Assembly (NCBI RefSeq): GCF_042651805.1
Contig: NZ_JBHSDU010000003.1
Span: forward strand, 3,461,459 to 3,525,458
DNA from: Steroidobacter flavus
Lineage (GTDB): Bacteria; Pseudomonadota; Gammaproteobacteria; Steroidobacterales; Steroidobacteraceae
DNA length: 64,000 bases
Reading direction: 5' to 3'
Part shown: in pieces, positions 29,941-40,539 of the stretch
How the letters are laid out: every line of letters begins with the position of its first letter
How positions within the stretch are numbered: the stretch's first letter is position 1
Position numbers and translations under genes: made by a program
The notes under the pieces: model-generated
Told to the model about the DNA's origin: nothing
What the model saw: the letters and a program-made list of their open reading frames with translations, nothing else
Database searches by the model: none

Positions 29941-31989
29941 ATGACTTTGCTCGGGATGGCTCGCGGCACGGCCTTGGCTTTGTGTGTTTGGCCCGTCGTG
30001 GGCTTCAGCGCCTTCGTGCCCGACAATCAACGCAACGTCGAGACTGTCACGTTCACGGTCTCTCCTCAGGGCGATGATAGCGCCGATGGCTCCGCGACTC
30101 GCCCGTTCAAAACGCTGGCCCGGGCTCAGCAAGCCGTTCGCTCGGTCAACTCCAATGCAAACGTCGTCGTGTTGCTCGCCGACGGCATCTATCGAATCGC
30201 CGATCCATTGCATTTCACCCCGGCCGATGGCGGCCAGGATGGCAACAACGTCACCTGGCAGTCGGCACCGAACGCCTCGCCGGTGATCGCCGGCTCGCTT
30301 CCGGTGACCGGCTGGAAAATCTCCGACGCCGCTCGCCAGATCTACGTCGCCGACGTGCCGGCCGGCACGGATACGCGGCAGTTGTGGGTGAACAATCGAT
30401 TGGCCAAGCCCGCGTCCATCGAGATTCCGCGCTCGGCGATCGAATTCGATGCCGAAGGGATGACGATCAACGACCCGAAGTACGACTATCTCGCGAGCCT
30501 GCCGACTCAGCATCGTATCGAAGTGCAGGCGACGGGTTACTTCACGAATCGTCTCTCGCCAGTGAAGAGCATCGCCGGTCGAAAGCTCCTCATGCAGCAG
30601 CCGGCGTGGGACAACAACACTTGGGGCTATGACACGCTCAACGCGCCGGTGGGATCCGAGTCAGCGCATCTTTATCTCAACAACTCGCTGGCGTTTCTGA
30701 CTCAGCCGAATCAGTTCTATGTCGATCCGGAGGGCGGCAAGCTCTACTATCGGCCCGCGGCGGGCGTGACGCCGGAGCAGATGACAGTTGAGTTGCCTCG
30801 ATTGCCGTATCTCGTCGCCATCGGCGGCAGCTACGAGCGGCCGGTTCGAGATCTCACGTTCAAAGGCATTCGGTTCTCTTACACCAGCTGGATGGGACCG
30901 TCCTCTCCCGAAGGCTATGCCGATCAGCAGAGCGGCGCGTATCTCACCGGCGTGACGCCGGGGCGTCCGAAGGATGCGTTCAAGAGCTGTGTGTGGGGTT
31001 GCCGCGCCTTCGAGACTCGCCGCAACGATTGGTCGCAGATTCCCGCAGCCGTGCAGGTCTCGGCCGCCGAGCGCATCGTGTTCGATCAAGTCGTATTCGC
31101 GCACCTTGGGCAGATCGGCCTGGGCATTGGCAACAACGACAACGCCCACGCGACCGGCGTCGGTCTTGGAGCGCGCAGCATCGAAGTGAAGCGGAGCGTA
31201 TTCAACGATCTCGCCGGTGGCGCGATCCTGGCGGGCGGCATCAGCCGCGATGCGCATCATCCGTCCAATCCGCGCATGGCGAATCGAAACGTCGTGATCG
31301 CCAACAATCGCATCAAGACGGTGAGTCAGGTGTACATGGACAACAGCGCCATCCTGAGCACCTATGTCGATAGCGCCATCATCCTTCACAACGACATTTC
31401 CGATGCGCCTTACGACGGCATCGATATCGGGTGGGGTTGGGGCATCAATGATGTCGGCGGTAACGCGGTGTATCGCATCGCTGAGCGCGGTCACTACGAT
31501 CATCCCGACAATCTCATCTATGACACACCGACGTTGCATCGGCGCGTGATGGTGGCCTACAACCGCTTGTACAACATCAAGACACGCTTCCATGACGGCG
31601 GGGCGATCTATAACTTGTCCGCCAGCCCGGATACGTTCATCGCCGAGAATTACGTCTACAACATTCCGGATCGGATTGCGCTGTATCTCGACGAGGGGTC
31701 GAGGTACATCACGATACGTAACAACGTCGTCGACGGGGCGGGGACCTGGTTGAACATCAACACGGTCGGTAGTTATCAGCCGCTGCGAACGTCGACGGAC
31801 AACAAGGCTGTCGGCAACTGGCACACCGAAGGTAAGGTCGGCGGGCTGTGGGATGCGTATAACAACAACTTGATGGAAGGGAATCAGCTGATCAAAGGCG
31901 GCAAGTGGCCCGCTGAAGCACGCCGTGTGATGGAGAACGCCGGGATTCAGAAGGAAGCAGGCGCTGTCGCCTACGGCGATGCGCGATGA
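29941..31989 (+). CDS. Secreted right-handed parallel beta-helix (pectin-lyase-fold) protein
   Basis: Signal peptide 'MTLLGMARGTALALCVWPVVGFSA'. Repeated 'N..I.NN.I' rungs ('NRNVVIANNRIK', 'ILHNDISDAPYDGIDIG'). Confidence 0.6.
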   Translation: MTLLGMARGTALALCVWPVVGFSAFVPDNQRNVETVTFTVSPQGDDSADGSATRPFKTLARAQQAVRSVNSNANVVVLLADGIYRIADPLHFTPADGGQDGNNVTWQSAPNASPVIAGSLPVTGWKISDAARQIYVADVPAGTDTRQLWVNNRLAKPASIEIPRSAIEFDAEGMTINDPKYDYLASLPTQHRIEVQATGYFTNRLSPVKSIAGRKLLMQQPAWDNNTWGYDTLNAPVGSESAHLYLNNSLAFLTQPNQFYVDPEGGKLYYRPAAGVTPEQMTVELPRLPYLVAIGGSYERPVRDLTFKGIRFSYTSWMGPSSPEGYADQQSGAYLTGVTPGRPKDAFKSCVWGCRAFETRRNDWSQIPAAVQVSAAERIVFDQVVFAHLGQIGLGIGNNDNAHATGVGLGARSIEVKRSVFNDLAGGAILAGGISRDAHHPSNPRMANRNVVIANNRIKTVSQVYMDNSAILSTYVDSAIILHNDISDAPYDGIDIGWGWGINDVGGNAVYRIAERGHYDHPDNLIYDTPTLHRRVMVAYNRLYNIKTRFHDGGAIYNLSASPDTFIAENYVYNIPDRIALYLDEGSRYITIRNNVVDGAGTWLNINTVGSYQPLRTSTDNKAVGNWHTEGKVGGLWDAYNNNLMEGNQLIKGGKWPAEARRVMENAGIQKEAGAVAYGDAR

Positions 31990-31993
31990 CTTT

Positions 31994-33292
31994 CTAGGAG
32001 CGCGCGGCCATGGTCTTCAGGCGTTCTTCGATGCCTGAGAATATGGACTTGCGGAGCGATCTGGGAAAATCGCTCGGGAGTTTTGCCGCGACCTCCGCCA
32101 TGGCGACCGGCACTCGTTCCTGCAGCTCGTCCATGGCGCGCTCCACGATGCGCCTGGAAACGCCGGCTTGCGCGGCTGATTGAATGAAGTGGCGGGGTTG
32201 AATCGTGTGCAGGACATAGTGACGGCTGTCGCCGACCGACATGGCCAGTTTCATCCGGTTGCGCTTGACCTGCTGCGCGGCATAGTTCGGCTGCAGCGAC
32301 AAGATGTCGTACAGCGGTGTCAGCCGGAAGCCGCCGCCTGGATAGAGAAAGATACTGAAATTCTTGGCATGCCCGTCAGTCGCTCCCAATAGCCAGAAGA
32401 AGATCTGTGCTTTGAGAAACAGGAGTTGATCCTCGCCCGGCCGATCGCTCGATTTGAGGAGCTGGAGAATTCGATGGATGCCCGGCCCTCCCTCGCTTTG
32501 ATACTTTCGCGTCGGCGGCACAGACAGTGCTTGGCACAAGTCCTCTTGCGGTAATCGCAACAAGCGATCGTCCTTGGTCCACTGACGGTCGAAACGCTCG
32601 ACGACCAACGCACGCTGTCCGGCGAAATCGGCGATCGCGGTTTTCGCCGCCGGCAAATCCGCAGCGGCGGCGAGCTGCATGCAAAGGTATTCATTCTCGA
32701 CGCTGCGCGACAGGTCGAGTCCGTTCTTCAAGACTCCGATCTGCGGTTTGATGATGTGCGTGGTGGCCGTGCTGCCACGGGGCAGGTGCCACCGATTGTT
32801 CCAACGAAGCAGCGCGGTCTTCTCCTGGGCGCCCGCGATGGAGATCCGGAAGGTATCATCTGTCGAGAGGCCCAACGGCGTACTACCGAGATCTGTCAGC
32901 AGTTTTGCGATGCGCAGCGGCGTGATACGTTCACCGTCGACTGTGCCGGCAGGTGCGGGCTCTTGGTCTTCCTGAAGGAACTGCAGGGCACCGACGCAGT
33001 CCCGACCGATGGCGGACAACAGATCGAATGCGTCTGCGCTGTGCGCGCCGACGCGCTCGGCGATCCGGCGGCGAATGTCCATGCTGTCGGGAATCAGATT
33101 GTCGAAGACGGCGTTGACCGTTTCACCGCCATAGTTGTCCGTGCGCAGAGGGAGCGACAACGAAATAGGAAATGTGTGTTCCCATCGCAGCCAGGATTTG
33201 TCGTATCGGAAATCGCTGGCGCCCGACGTCTCCTTGCTCAGCTGCCCGACGAGGCGCGCATTCAGAAAAACGTTCAGGCGCACGCGAGCCAT
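31994..33292 (-). CDS. hipA: HipA-family Ser/Thr kinase toxin
   Basis: 'LSAIGRDCVGALQF', 'SIAGAQEKTAL' (P-loop-like motif), 'DGHAKNFS' catalytic motif. Confidence 0.85.
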   Translation of the reverse strand: MARVRLNVFLNARLVGQLSKETSGASDFRYDKSWLRWEHTFPISLSLPLRTDNYGGETVNAVFDNLIPDSMDIRRRIAERVGAHSADAFDLLSAIGRDCVGALQFLQEDQEPAPAGTVDGERITPLRIAKLLTDLGSTPLGLSTDDTFRISIAGAQEKTALLRWNNRWHLPRGSTATTHIIKPQIGVLKNGLDLSRSVENEYLCMQLAAAADLPAAKTAIADFAGQRALVVERFDRQWTKDDRLLRLPQEDLCQALSVPPTRKYQSEGGPGIHRILQLLKSSDRPGEDQLLFLKAQIFFWLLGATDGHAKNFSIFLYPGGGFRLTPLYDILSLQPNYAAQQVKRNRMKLAMSVGDSRHYVLHTIQPRHFIQSAAQAGVSRRIVERAMDELQERVPVAMAEVAAKLPSDFPRSLRKSIFSGIEERLKTMAARS

Positions 33293-33543
33293 CAGAACAC
33301 GTCTTCGATGCTGTTCCGGGTTCCGGTAGAGCGAAGTGCGACCAATAGCTCCAGGTCGAGCGCCGCGAGCACGTCGAACAGAGTGCCGAGCTGGATCCCC
33401 GCGTCGCCCTTTTCCAGCTTGGAAATGGTCGCCTGCCTCCTTCCGATCAGCTCGCCGAGCTGCGCTTGTGACAGGCCGCGGTCGCGCCTTTGCTGACGAA
33501 CGATTGCGGCGATCTGGTCGGGACTGCGAGCTTTACGGTTCAT
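33292..33543 (-). CDS. hipB: HipB-like XRE-family antitoxin
   Basis: 'IVRQQRRDRGLSQAQLGELIGRRQATISKLEKG' Cro/C1 HTH. Stop/start overlap with hipA. Confidence 0.8.
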   Translation of the reverse strand: MNRKARSPDQIAAIVRQQRRDRGLSQAQLGELIGRRQATISKLEKGDAGIQLGTLFDVLAALDLELLVALRSTGTRNSIEDVF

Positions 33544-33562
33544 GATGGCAATGGTCGCTGAC

Positions 33563-33632
33563 ATACGCTAAAGCGTATAAAGTCAGATTATACGCTGCAG
33601 CGTATAGAATCAAGATATACGCATTAGCGTAT
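33563..33632. promoter_or_regulatory. Three perfect palindromic operators TACGC-N4/6-GCGTA upstream of hipB
   Basis: 33563-33578 atacgctaaagcgtat; 33589-33606 tatacgctgcagcgtata; 33617-33632 atacgcattagcgtat, spaced about 26-28 bp centre to centre. Confidence 0.65.
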
Positions 33633-33650
33633 AGGCGGACGGCGGCTTCC

Positions 33651-36600
33651 CTAAGGCAGTGGCCGCAGTCCCTCCGCACGCACGTGCCAGCCTTCCTTCG
33701 GGAAGCCGGGCAGGTAAGTGAGATCGCCCTCCCACCCGGCCGCCATCAATCCGACGGCAAGTAACAAGCCGCCGTTGGAGGGAAAGTATGTCTCCGCGAG
33801 GCGGCGGTAGCCAGCATCGGCGCTCGCGCCACCCGTGGAGGTGGGCACGAGGTCCGCTGCATGTTCGTTGAGATGCACGCGCGGTGTCATGCCGCTTACA
33901 CCGAACTGGAAGTTTCGAGACCCAGAAAGCAGGAAGTCGACCCCCTTGTCCGGCTCGTGCAAGCGAGCCGCCGTCATGGCGAGTAACGGAAAGTCCCAGC
34001 CCCACGTCTGGCGTAGATCCCAATGCGATTCCACCGCGCGCAACGTCCGACGCATGGTCTCCTTGTCGACACTCAAGCCCGGCAGCAAGCCCAGCGCACC
34101 AACAAAGGAAGGATGGTCGCGATTCCAACATTCATCGGCCGTGTGTCCGTTGGAGCAAGGGGCACCGCGAGCCTGTTCCCACTGCTGAGGAAACGATTCG
34201 ACAGCGAGATACACGCCGTCTCGTTGGGGTAGCGGCGAGAGCTTCTGTAGCACGCGATCCCACTCAGGCTTACGCGGCATCTTCAGTCGTTCGCGCCAGC
34301 TCTGGGCGGTGGCCAGGCCGAAACGAAAATATTCCAGCTCGAACGTGGGATTGAACGTCGTCAGCGGCGGAAACACTTCCTGCGCCGGAATCAGCGGCGG
34401 GCCGAGCACGTAGCGATCGGTCTGCTCATCGTAATGAGCAAAGGACGCCAGCAGATCGGCCGTCTCAAACACGAGCTCTCGATACTGCGCCAAGGTGAGC
34501 GGGCTCGGTCGGTCGCGATAGATCAGCTCCGCCAGAAAGATCGGATGCGGCTGCTGCCACATCAAGAACGGCGTGATGGTGCTCGGGCTTTCGCGACCCT
34601 CGGGTCCAACCATCTTCGGCCACCACGCACCGCTCAAGCCATGAGAGGCGGCTCGCGCCTTCGCTTGCGGCAAATGTTGTTGGTACCAAGGCATGCTGCG
34701 CTCGAGCAGCTCAGTGCGCCCCCATTGCGCGAAGTGCGCAGCATGCCAAGGATGCATTTCCAAGTGGAACTTGCCGTTCCAGCTGTTGGAGAACAGGCCT
34801 TCCTCTTGAGGCGGCACGGTTCCGGCGGCGTTCAACGCCATCAAGTACTGAGAGAGCACGACGCGTCGCTCGAGCTCACTGGCGCGCGGGTCGGTGCTGC
34901 CGGCGAAGTCGATCACGCCGCCGTTGTTCCAATAGGAATCCCAGTGCGCCGTCACCGCGTCGTGCGTCGCTGATGCCGACGGGAGCGGTTGCGAAGGCCG
35001 CTCGGAAGAGAACAGCACGCTGAAGCGGAAGACATCGCCCTTGGGTTGAATTCGAATCGTATGCGGGCCGACGGAATCGAACGACACGTCCTCATCGCTC
35101 GCGGCTTCGACAAAGTAGCGAGTGTCATCGAGCCGGCGTTGCAGTGAGATCCCGCGTGCGGTCTTCCCGACGATCTCAGTGACATGACGCTCCGGATGCT
35201 CCCAATCGGCCGGATTAGGATTGAGCTGAGCTGCGACGCCTGGAAACTTCAAATCCACCGCAAGCTGCGAAGCGTTGAGGGTCGGTGCCTGGATACTCAC
35301 CTGAAGCAGGTCGAGCCGAGGATGGACGCTCGTCTCGATCTCGACCGGCTGGCCTTCGAACTCGAAGTGACTGCGCAACGTGCCGCTCCACAAATCGAGG
35401 GTCTGTCGTGTCGCCTTCAAATCGGCGAACGTCGCGGGCTTGCCGTCCTTTGAAAGCAGACGCAGAGACACGCGCCCGAGCGAAAAACGATGGGGATTCT
35501 CCCGCAGCCACTGAATCTCGGGCCGCTTCGCCTCCGACCAGTCGTGTAGCCAGGGATACTGCTGAGGCTGACCGCGAACGTCGACGGCCTTGAGGCTGTC
35601 CTCATATTTATACTGCTTCGGATTGGGAAAGCTGTGCCACGCCCACTGTGCCTGAGTCATCAGCGGCGCCAACGGCGAGTACTGCTTGTCGAACGTCTGC
35701 AGCCCCGTGATATCGGCGGTGAAAGCGATATTGCCGTTGCCGACCATCAAGGGCGAGGAGGGGTCGATGCTCGTCAGTGTGGGATTGTGTCGAGTGACGA
35801 GCGCTTTCCGATCGATGCTCGTGTCCTCGGCGTGTACCCAATCGAAATCCGCGATGCCGCCGCCGGCCAGATTCGATGTAAAAGTAAACAGCGCAGGCCG
35901 CGCGCCTTTCCACCAGCTGAACATCAGCTTCGCGCGCGTGCCAAAGGGCTTGAACGTCTTGCCCTCATCGGTGCTGTACGAGTAGCGGGCGAACTCATCG
36001 TCGACGTTCACGCGGAGGAGCAGAGAGTCGGCGGTGAGCGCATCGCCGAGCGTGTCCGTACCTGCGTAAGAGAAGGTGAGATGGCGCTTGCCAGCCTGCT
36101 GCGTCAGCCCGATCCAACTGGGACGCTTGCCGAACATGGCGAGCCCGGCTTTCTGGCCGTCACGCATCTCGCCGATCAGCATGCGCGCAGTGATCTGAGA
36201 CGATCGACCATGCAGCACCTGGGTCAACGTATTGCGCGCACTGACGAAGTTCGTCGCGGGCATGGCCTTCAATCGCAAATGACCACGGCGCTCCTTCAAG
36301 CTCCAATGTGCATCGGAAGGATTGTGATTCCATTCCCATTGCACGCCGAGCTTCGGGTCGGAGAACTCATCGGACGTCTGGATCTGCACGGGATCGAATG
36401 TGCCGCCGACGTGAGGTACGCGATGTGACATCACGGGCTGACCGTTGTCGCCCATCACCGGCCAACCGTCTTCCCAGCGCACCGGCTGCATATGAACGAT
36501 GCGTCCGTACGCGCCGGTGCTGTTGAAATGCAAGAACCAGCCTTCGCCCGAAGGTGTCTCGACGTAGCCGCCCTGATGGGGCGCCTGCACGTGCGTCGTT

Positions 36601-37412
36601 CCTTTGGAGAGCACGGTGCGAATGTCGTAAGGCCCGTAGATGTTCTTCGAGCGAAGCACCGCCTGCGGACCTTCGCCAACGCCGCCGTACGGCGCGAAGA
36701 TGTAGTAGTAATCGTCGCGTTTGAGCAGCTTCGGTCCTTCGAGAATGGGCAATCGCACTTTGTCTTCGACGATCACCTTGCCGGCATCGAGCACCTTGGT
36801 GCCGTCGGCGGTCATTCGTCGCAGGATCAGCGGGCCCGCGCCGACGCGCGAATGAACCAGATAGGCGTTACCGTCGTCGTCCCACAGCGGGCACGGATCT
36901 TCGAGGTTGGGCTCATCGATGACTTTGACGGGCGCGCTCCACGGTCCCTCGGCTCGTGCAGCGCTGGCCATGAACACGCCTTCGGTGGGCGTTGCGAAAT
37001 ACACATAGAAGCGCCCCTCGTGAAAACGGATAGACGGTGCCCACACACCGGCGGCGTAGCGATGGCCCATCTTGGTATTGAAAGGAATGCGCTCGGCGGT
37101 GTCGTCGAATTCCACCGGCCCGGGCAGATCGTAGTTGGGATCGAAGCTCAGTCGGGGCAGCACGTGACCGATCAGCGTCCAGTGCACCAGGTCCTTGGAT
37201 TTCAGCACCGGCAGGCCCGGCGAGAAATGAAACGACGACGCCACCATGTAGTAGCTGTCGTCGACGCGGATGACGTCTGGATCGGAGTAGTCCGAATGCA
37301 GGACCGGATTGCGATAGACAGGCGGGGCATCGGCCGCCGCGACGCTCGTCGGAGTGACGAGCGCCGTCGCTAGAATGAGCGCTCCAGTCAGCGCGAGAGC
37401 TATCGACTTCAT
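33651..37412 (-). CDS. Secreted multidomain glycoside hydrolase: N-terminal GH43 five-bladed propeller, C-terminal large (alpha/alpha)6-like domain (1253 aa)
   Basis: Signal peptide, then 'YRNPVLHSDYSDPDVIRVDDSYYMVASSFHFSPGLPVLKSKDLVHW' as the GH43 catalytic-Asp region. The long C-terminal region ('MHPWHAAHFAQWG...') is unassigned. Confidence 0.7.
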   Translation of the reverse strand: MKSIALALTGALILATALVTPTSVAAADAPPVYRNPVLHSDYSDPDVIRVDDSYYMVASSFHFSPGLPVLKSKDLVHWTLIGHVLPRLSFDPNYDLPGPVEFDDTAERIPFNTKMGHRYAAGVWAPSIRFHEGRFYVYFATPTEGVFMASAARAEGPWSAPVKVIDEPNLEDPCPLWDDDGNAYLVHSRVGAGPLILRRMTADGTKVLDAGKVIVEDKVRLPILEGPKLLKRDDYYYIFAPYGGVGEGPQAVLRSKNIYGPYDIRTVLSKGTTHVQAPHQGGYVETPSGEGWFLHFNSTGAYGRIVHMQPVRWEDGWPVMGDNGQPVMSHRVPHVGGTFDPVQIQTSDEFSDPKLGVQWEWNHNPSDAHWSLKERRGHLRLKAMPATNFVSARNTLTQVLHGRSSQITARMLIGEMRDGQKAGLAMFGKRPSWIGLTQQAGKRHLTFSYAGTDTLGDALTADSLLLRVNVDDEFARYSYSTDEGKTFKPFGTRAKLMFSWWKGARPALFTFTSNLAGGGIADFDWVHAEDTSIDRKALVTRHNPTLTSIDPSSPLMVGNGNIAFTADITGLQTFDKQYSPLAPLMTQAQWAWHSFPNPKQYKYEDSLKAVDVRGQPQQYPWLHDWSEAKRPEIQWLRENPHRFSLGRVSLRLLSKDGKPATFADLKATRQTLDLWSGTLRSHFEFEGQPVEIETSVHPRLDLLQVSIQAPTLNASQLAVDLKFPGVAAQLNPNPADWEHPERHVTEIVGKTARGISLQRRLDDTRYFVEAASDEDVSFDSVGPHTIRIQPKGDVFRFSVLFSSERPSQPLPSASATHDAVTAHWDSYWNNGGVIDFAGSTDPRASELERRVVLSQYLMALNAAGTVPPQEEGLFSNSWNGKFHLEMHPWHAAHFAQWGRTELLERSMPWYQQHLPQAKARAASHGLSGAWWPKMVGPEGRESPSTITPFLMWQQPHPIFLAELIYRDRPSPLTLAQYRELVFETADLLASFAHYDEQTDRYVLGPPLIPAQEVFPPLTTFNPTFELEYFRFGLATAQSWRERLKMPRKPEWDRVLQKLSPLPQRDGVYLAVESFPQQWEQARGAPCSNGHTADECWNRDHPSFVGALGLLPGLSVDKETMRRTLRAVESHWDLRQTWGWDFPLLAMTAARLHEPDKGVDFLLSGSRNFQFGVSGMTPRVHLNEHAADLVPTSTGGASADAGYRRLAETYFPSNGGLLLAVGLMAAGWEGDLTYLPGFPKEGWHVRAEGLRPLP

Positions 37413-37470
37413 GAGGATCCCTGTGACGGCGTGACAGCATGGGGGTGACTGTCACGCCGCCACGCTTCGA

Positions 37471-40400
37471 TCATAACGTGCGGACCGTCATTCCAACGAA
37501 CATGGTGCGACCGTTGTAATCGTAGGTCGCGGGCCAGGTGTTGGCTCGAATCTGCGCGCTGCCGACCACCGGCGGATCGTCGTCGGCGAGATTGTTTACG
37601 CCGCCGAAGAATTCCACCTTGTCGCCCCAGTTATATGAGAACGAGAAGTCGAGGTAGTTCTGCGACTTGAGGCGCGGATTCACCAGATCGGCGTAAGCAG
37701 GCGGCGTCGCACCCGAGCGCAGCGGCAGCAGATAACGATCGACCGTCACATCGTCGATGTATCGATGCCGCAGACTCAGGCTGAGCGGGCCGGTGCTCCA
37801 GGTGAAGCGGGTCACGCCCTTGTATTCGGGAATGGGCTCGCCGCAGGTGGTGCCGTAAGAGCCGACGCAACGATTCTTCACGTTCGGGAACGCCTGCACC
37901 GGCGTCGAGGTGAATTCGTTCGTCTTGGTCCAGGCCGTGCTGATGTTCAACGTGCTGCCGTTGCCGAACAGGCCGAAGCCGAAATCGAATCCATAGCGCG
38001 CGGAGAAGTCATAGCCGTTGGTCTCCAATCCGCCGGTGTTTGCCTGGCGGATCTCGGCGTAGTACGGAATGCTGATCTCGCCCGTCACCGGGTTGCGATT
38101 GACGGCCTGGCAGAACTCGCTGTTGGCGTTCTGAATGATGTTGTAGCAGAGGTTCAACGTGTTGTTGAGGCCGCCACCGAGTTGCGCGATCGCGCCGTCG
38201 AGCGTGATGTCGAAGTAGTCCAACGTCACGGCCAGTTTCGGCAATATGCGAGGTGTGATGACCACGCCGAAGGTGCGCGTGTCGGACTCTTCTTCGCCAA
38301 CGTTCGGATTACCACCAAACAATGCGGGGATGATGGTGTTCGGCTGCACGCCCGCCGTGAACACCGACGCCGCTGGCACGCCGCTCGCGACACACAGTGC
38401 GCGCACGGCATCGGTTCGGCCGGAAGCCGGCTGTTTGTCGGAGCAGGGATCGGTTGCCGGTTCGACGCTCTGGCGCAGGCCGCCGTACAAGTCTGCGACG
38501 TTCGGTGCGCGAATGGCGTGCTGGAATTGACCGCGGAACGCGACGTCTTCATTCAAGCGCCAGTCGAGACCATACAGATACGTCCACACCTTGCCCACGC
38601 CTTCCAGATCGTAGTCGGACTGACGGAAGCCGCCGTTAGCGGCGAGGGTGTCGATGAACGGCAAGCCACTGAGGATCGGAACGCGCAATTCGCCGAACAC
38701 TTCTTTAGCAGTGACATCGCCTTCGGTGGGCAGGCCGGGGTTGAAGCCCACCACGTCGCCCGAGCGCAGGAACTCATCCGGCACAAACTTTGACGACGCA
38801 TAGCGCCACTCGGCACCGAGCGAGAACGCCAACGGACCGGCCGGCAAATCGACGATCTGGCCGGACAGCGTGGCGGCTGCGACTTGCAACTCAGCTTCGG
38901 TCGAGTTGGTCGCGCCGATGGCGATCGCATCCACGCCGGCATCCGAAATGTTCTGGCCGAAGATGTTGAGCACTGGTGCCGCGCCGCCGTTCGAGAGCAG
39001 CGCCGTCGCGAAGCGGCTGCGAGAAACGTTGCCAGATTGACGGCTCGTTTCTTCGGTGCGCGCGAAGGTGTAATAAACATCGTAGGCGAGATTACGGAGG
39101 AAGTGGTCCGAAACATCGCCGATGTCGCCCCGCATGCCCAGCGCCATGCGCCAGACGTTGCGATCCGAAACGTTCTCGCGCAGTCCCACTTCAACCAGGC
39201 GGCGGCCGACGTTGATCACGGCGAAGCCGTCGTTCGGATTGTTGACGCGCGAGCTGGAGCCGGTGGTCACGGTGGTCGGGCCCGTTTCGGCGAGGTCCAG
39301 TTGACGCAGCACCTCGTTCATCCCTGGAAGGTTGGCGAGGTAGGGATTGTTGACGTTGAACAGGAACGGGCCGCTGATGTTGGTCGGCGCCAGTTGCTGA
39401 TCGACGCGGTTGTTACTGAAGTGGAACTCCAGATAGCCGGTCGCTTTGTCGGTGAAGTCGTAATGACTGAACGCGTTCACCATCCAGCGCTCTTGAGGCA
39501 CTTGCAGATAGTTGTCGGGACCGAGATTGAAGTCGTCCTGCGGCGTGAGGGCAGGGCGCACCGAGGTGCCGTCGTCGTTGAACGTAAAGCCACGCGAGCC
39601 CATGCCGGTCAGGCCGGCCGCGGCCAGTGCCGCATTCAAGCCTGGATTCGATGTGGCCGAGCCCGCGATGGGAACGCCAGTGAAACGGCCGTTCGGAATA
39701 TCGCCGCTGCCGCCGGCGATGAGGCCGGGCACGCCACCAGCGGCACGACAGGTCGAGCCCGAAGGCACGGACACAGGAACGCCAGCATGATCACGGCTGA
39801 AAGACGCCGGTGTCACGCAGCCATCGGACAAGGAGTCGTACGCCCATTCGCCGCGCTCGCCACGAGTGATGGAGCCGCGATTCAGATAATTCACCGATAC
39901 GACCGCGTTACCGCGACCCTCGGCGAAGTTACCGCCGACTGTGAGATCGATGTTGTAAGTCGGCGTGGTGGTCGGGCTGTCGTAACTGGTTTGCGCCGTC
40001 GCTTCGACGCCTTCGAAGTCATCGCGCATGATGAAGTTCACGACGCCGGTGATCGCGTCGGAGCCATACACGGCGGAGGAACCGCCAGTGACGACTTCAG
40101 TGCGCGCGATCAGCGCCGTCGGAATGGTGTTGAGGTCGGTGACTTGTTCCGGGCCGTAGATTGCAAACCGCCGTCCATTGACCAGGACCAGATTGCGGGA
40201 TGCGCCGAAGCCGCGAAGATTCACGTCAGCAGTGCCGCCGGGCACTGTGTTTGCCGTCGCGCCGCCGTTGGTGGAGGCCACGAATTGAGGCGCGTCGCTC
40301 AGGATCTTTTCAACGTTGGGTGCGCCCGACAGTTTTATTTCTTCCGTACTGATGACGCTCACCGGCGTCGAGGTGTCGATGCCCTCGCGCGCGATTCTCG

Positions 40401-40539
40401 AGCCCGTCACCAATACTTCTTCCACTTCCGCGTGCTGCGTGTCCTGTGCCAGCGCCGCCACGCCAAAAGTAGAACCTGCGAATACCACACCGAAGCCGAG
40501 CGCAGCCGCTCGCCGGCGATGTTTGCCACTCCCGATCAT
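37471..40539 (-). CDS. TonB-dependent outer-membrane receptor
   Basis: Signal peptide, 'EEVLVTGSRI' TonB box, C-terminal '...GMTVRTL'. Confidence 0.85.
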   Translation of the reverse strand: MIGSGKHRRRAAALGFGVVFAGSTFGVAALAQDTQHAEVEEVLVTGSRIAREGIDTSTPVSVISTEEIKLSGAPNVEKILSDAPQFVASTNGGATANTVPGGTADVNLRGFGASRNLVLVNGRRFAIYGPEQVTDLNTIPTALIARTEVVTGGSSAVYGSDAITGVVNFIMRDDFEGVEATAQTSYDSPTTTPTYNIDLTVGGNFAEGRGNAVVSVNYLNRGSITRGERGEWAYDSLSDGCVTPASFSRDHAGVPVSVPSGSTCRAAGGVPGLIAGGSGDIPNGRFTGVPIAGSATSNPGLNAALAAAGLTGMGSRGFTFNDDGTSVRPALTPQDDFNLGPDNYLQVPQERWMVNAFSHYDFTDKATGYLEFHFSNNRVDQQLAPTNISGPFLFNVNNPYLANLPGMNEVLRQLDLAETGPTTVTTGSSSRVNNPNDGFAVINVGRRLVEVGLRENVSDRNVWRMALGMRGDIGDVSDHFLRNLAYDVYYTFARTEETSRQSGNVSRSRFATALLSNGGAAPVLNIFGQNISDAGVDAIAIGATNSTEAELQVAAATLSGQIVDLPAGPLAFSLGAEWRYASSKFVPDEFLRSGDVVGFNPGLPTEGDVTAKEVFGELRVPILSGLPFIDTLAANGGFRQSDYDLEGVGKVWTYLYGLDWRLNEDVAFRGQFQHAIRAPNVADLYGGLRQSVEPATDPCSDKQPASGRTDAVRALCVASGVPAASVFTAGVQPNTIIPALFGGNPNVGEEESDTRTFGVVITPRILPKLAVTLDYFDITLDGAIAQLGGGLNNTLNLCYNIIQNANSEFCQAVNRNPVTGEISIPYYAEIRQANTGGLETNGYDFSARYGFDFGFGLFGNGSTLNISTAWTKTNEFTSTPVQAFPNVKNRCVGSYGTTCGEPIPEYKGVTRFTWSTGPLSLSLRHRYIDDVTVDRYLLPLRSGATPPAYADLVNPRLKSQNYLDFSFSYNWGDKVEFFGGVNNLADDDPPVVGSAQIRANTWPATYDYNGRTMFVGMTVRTL

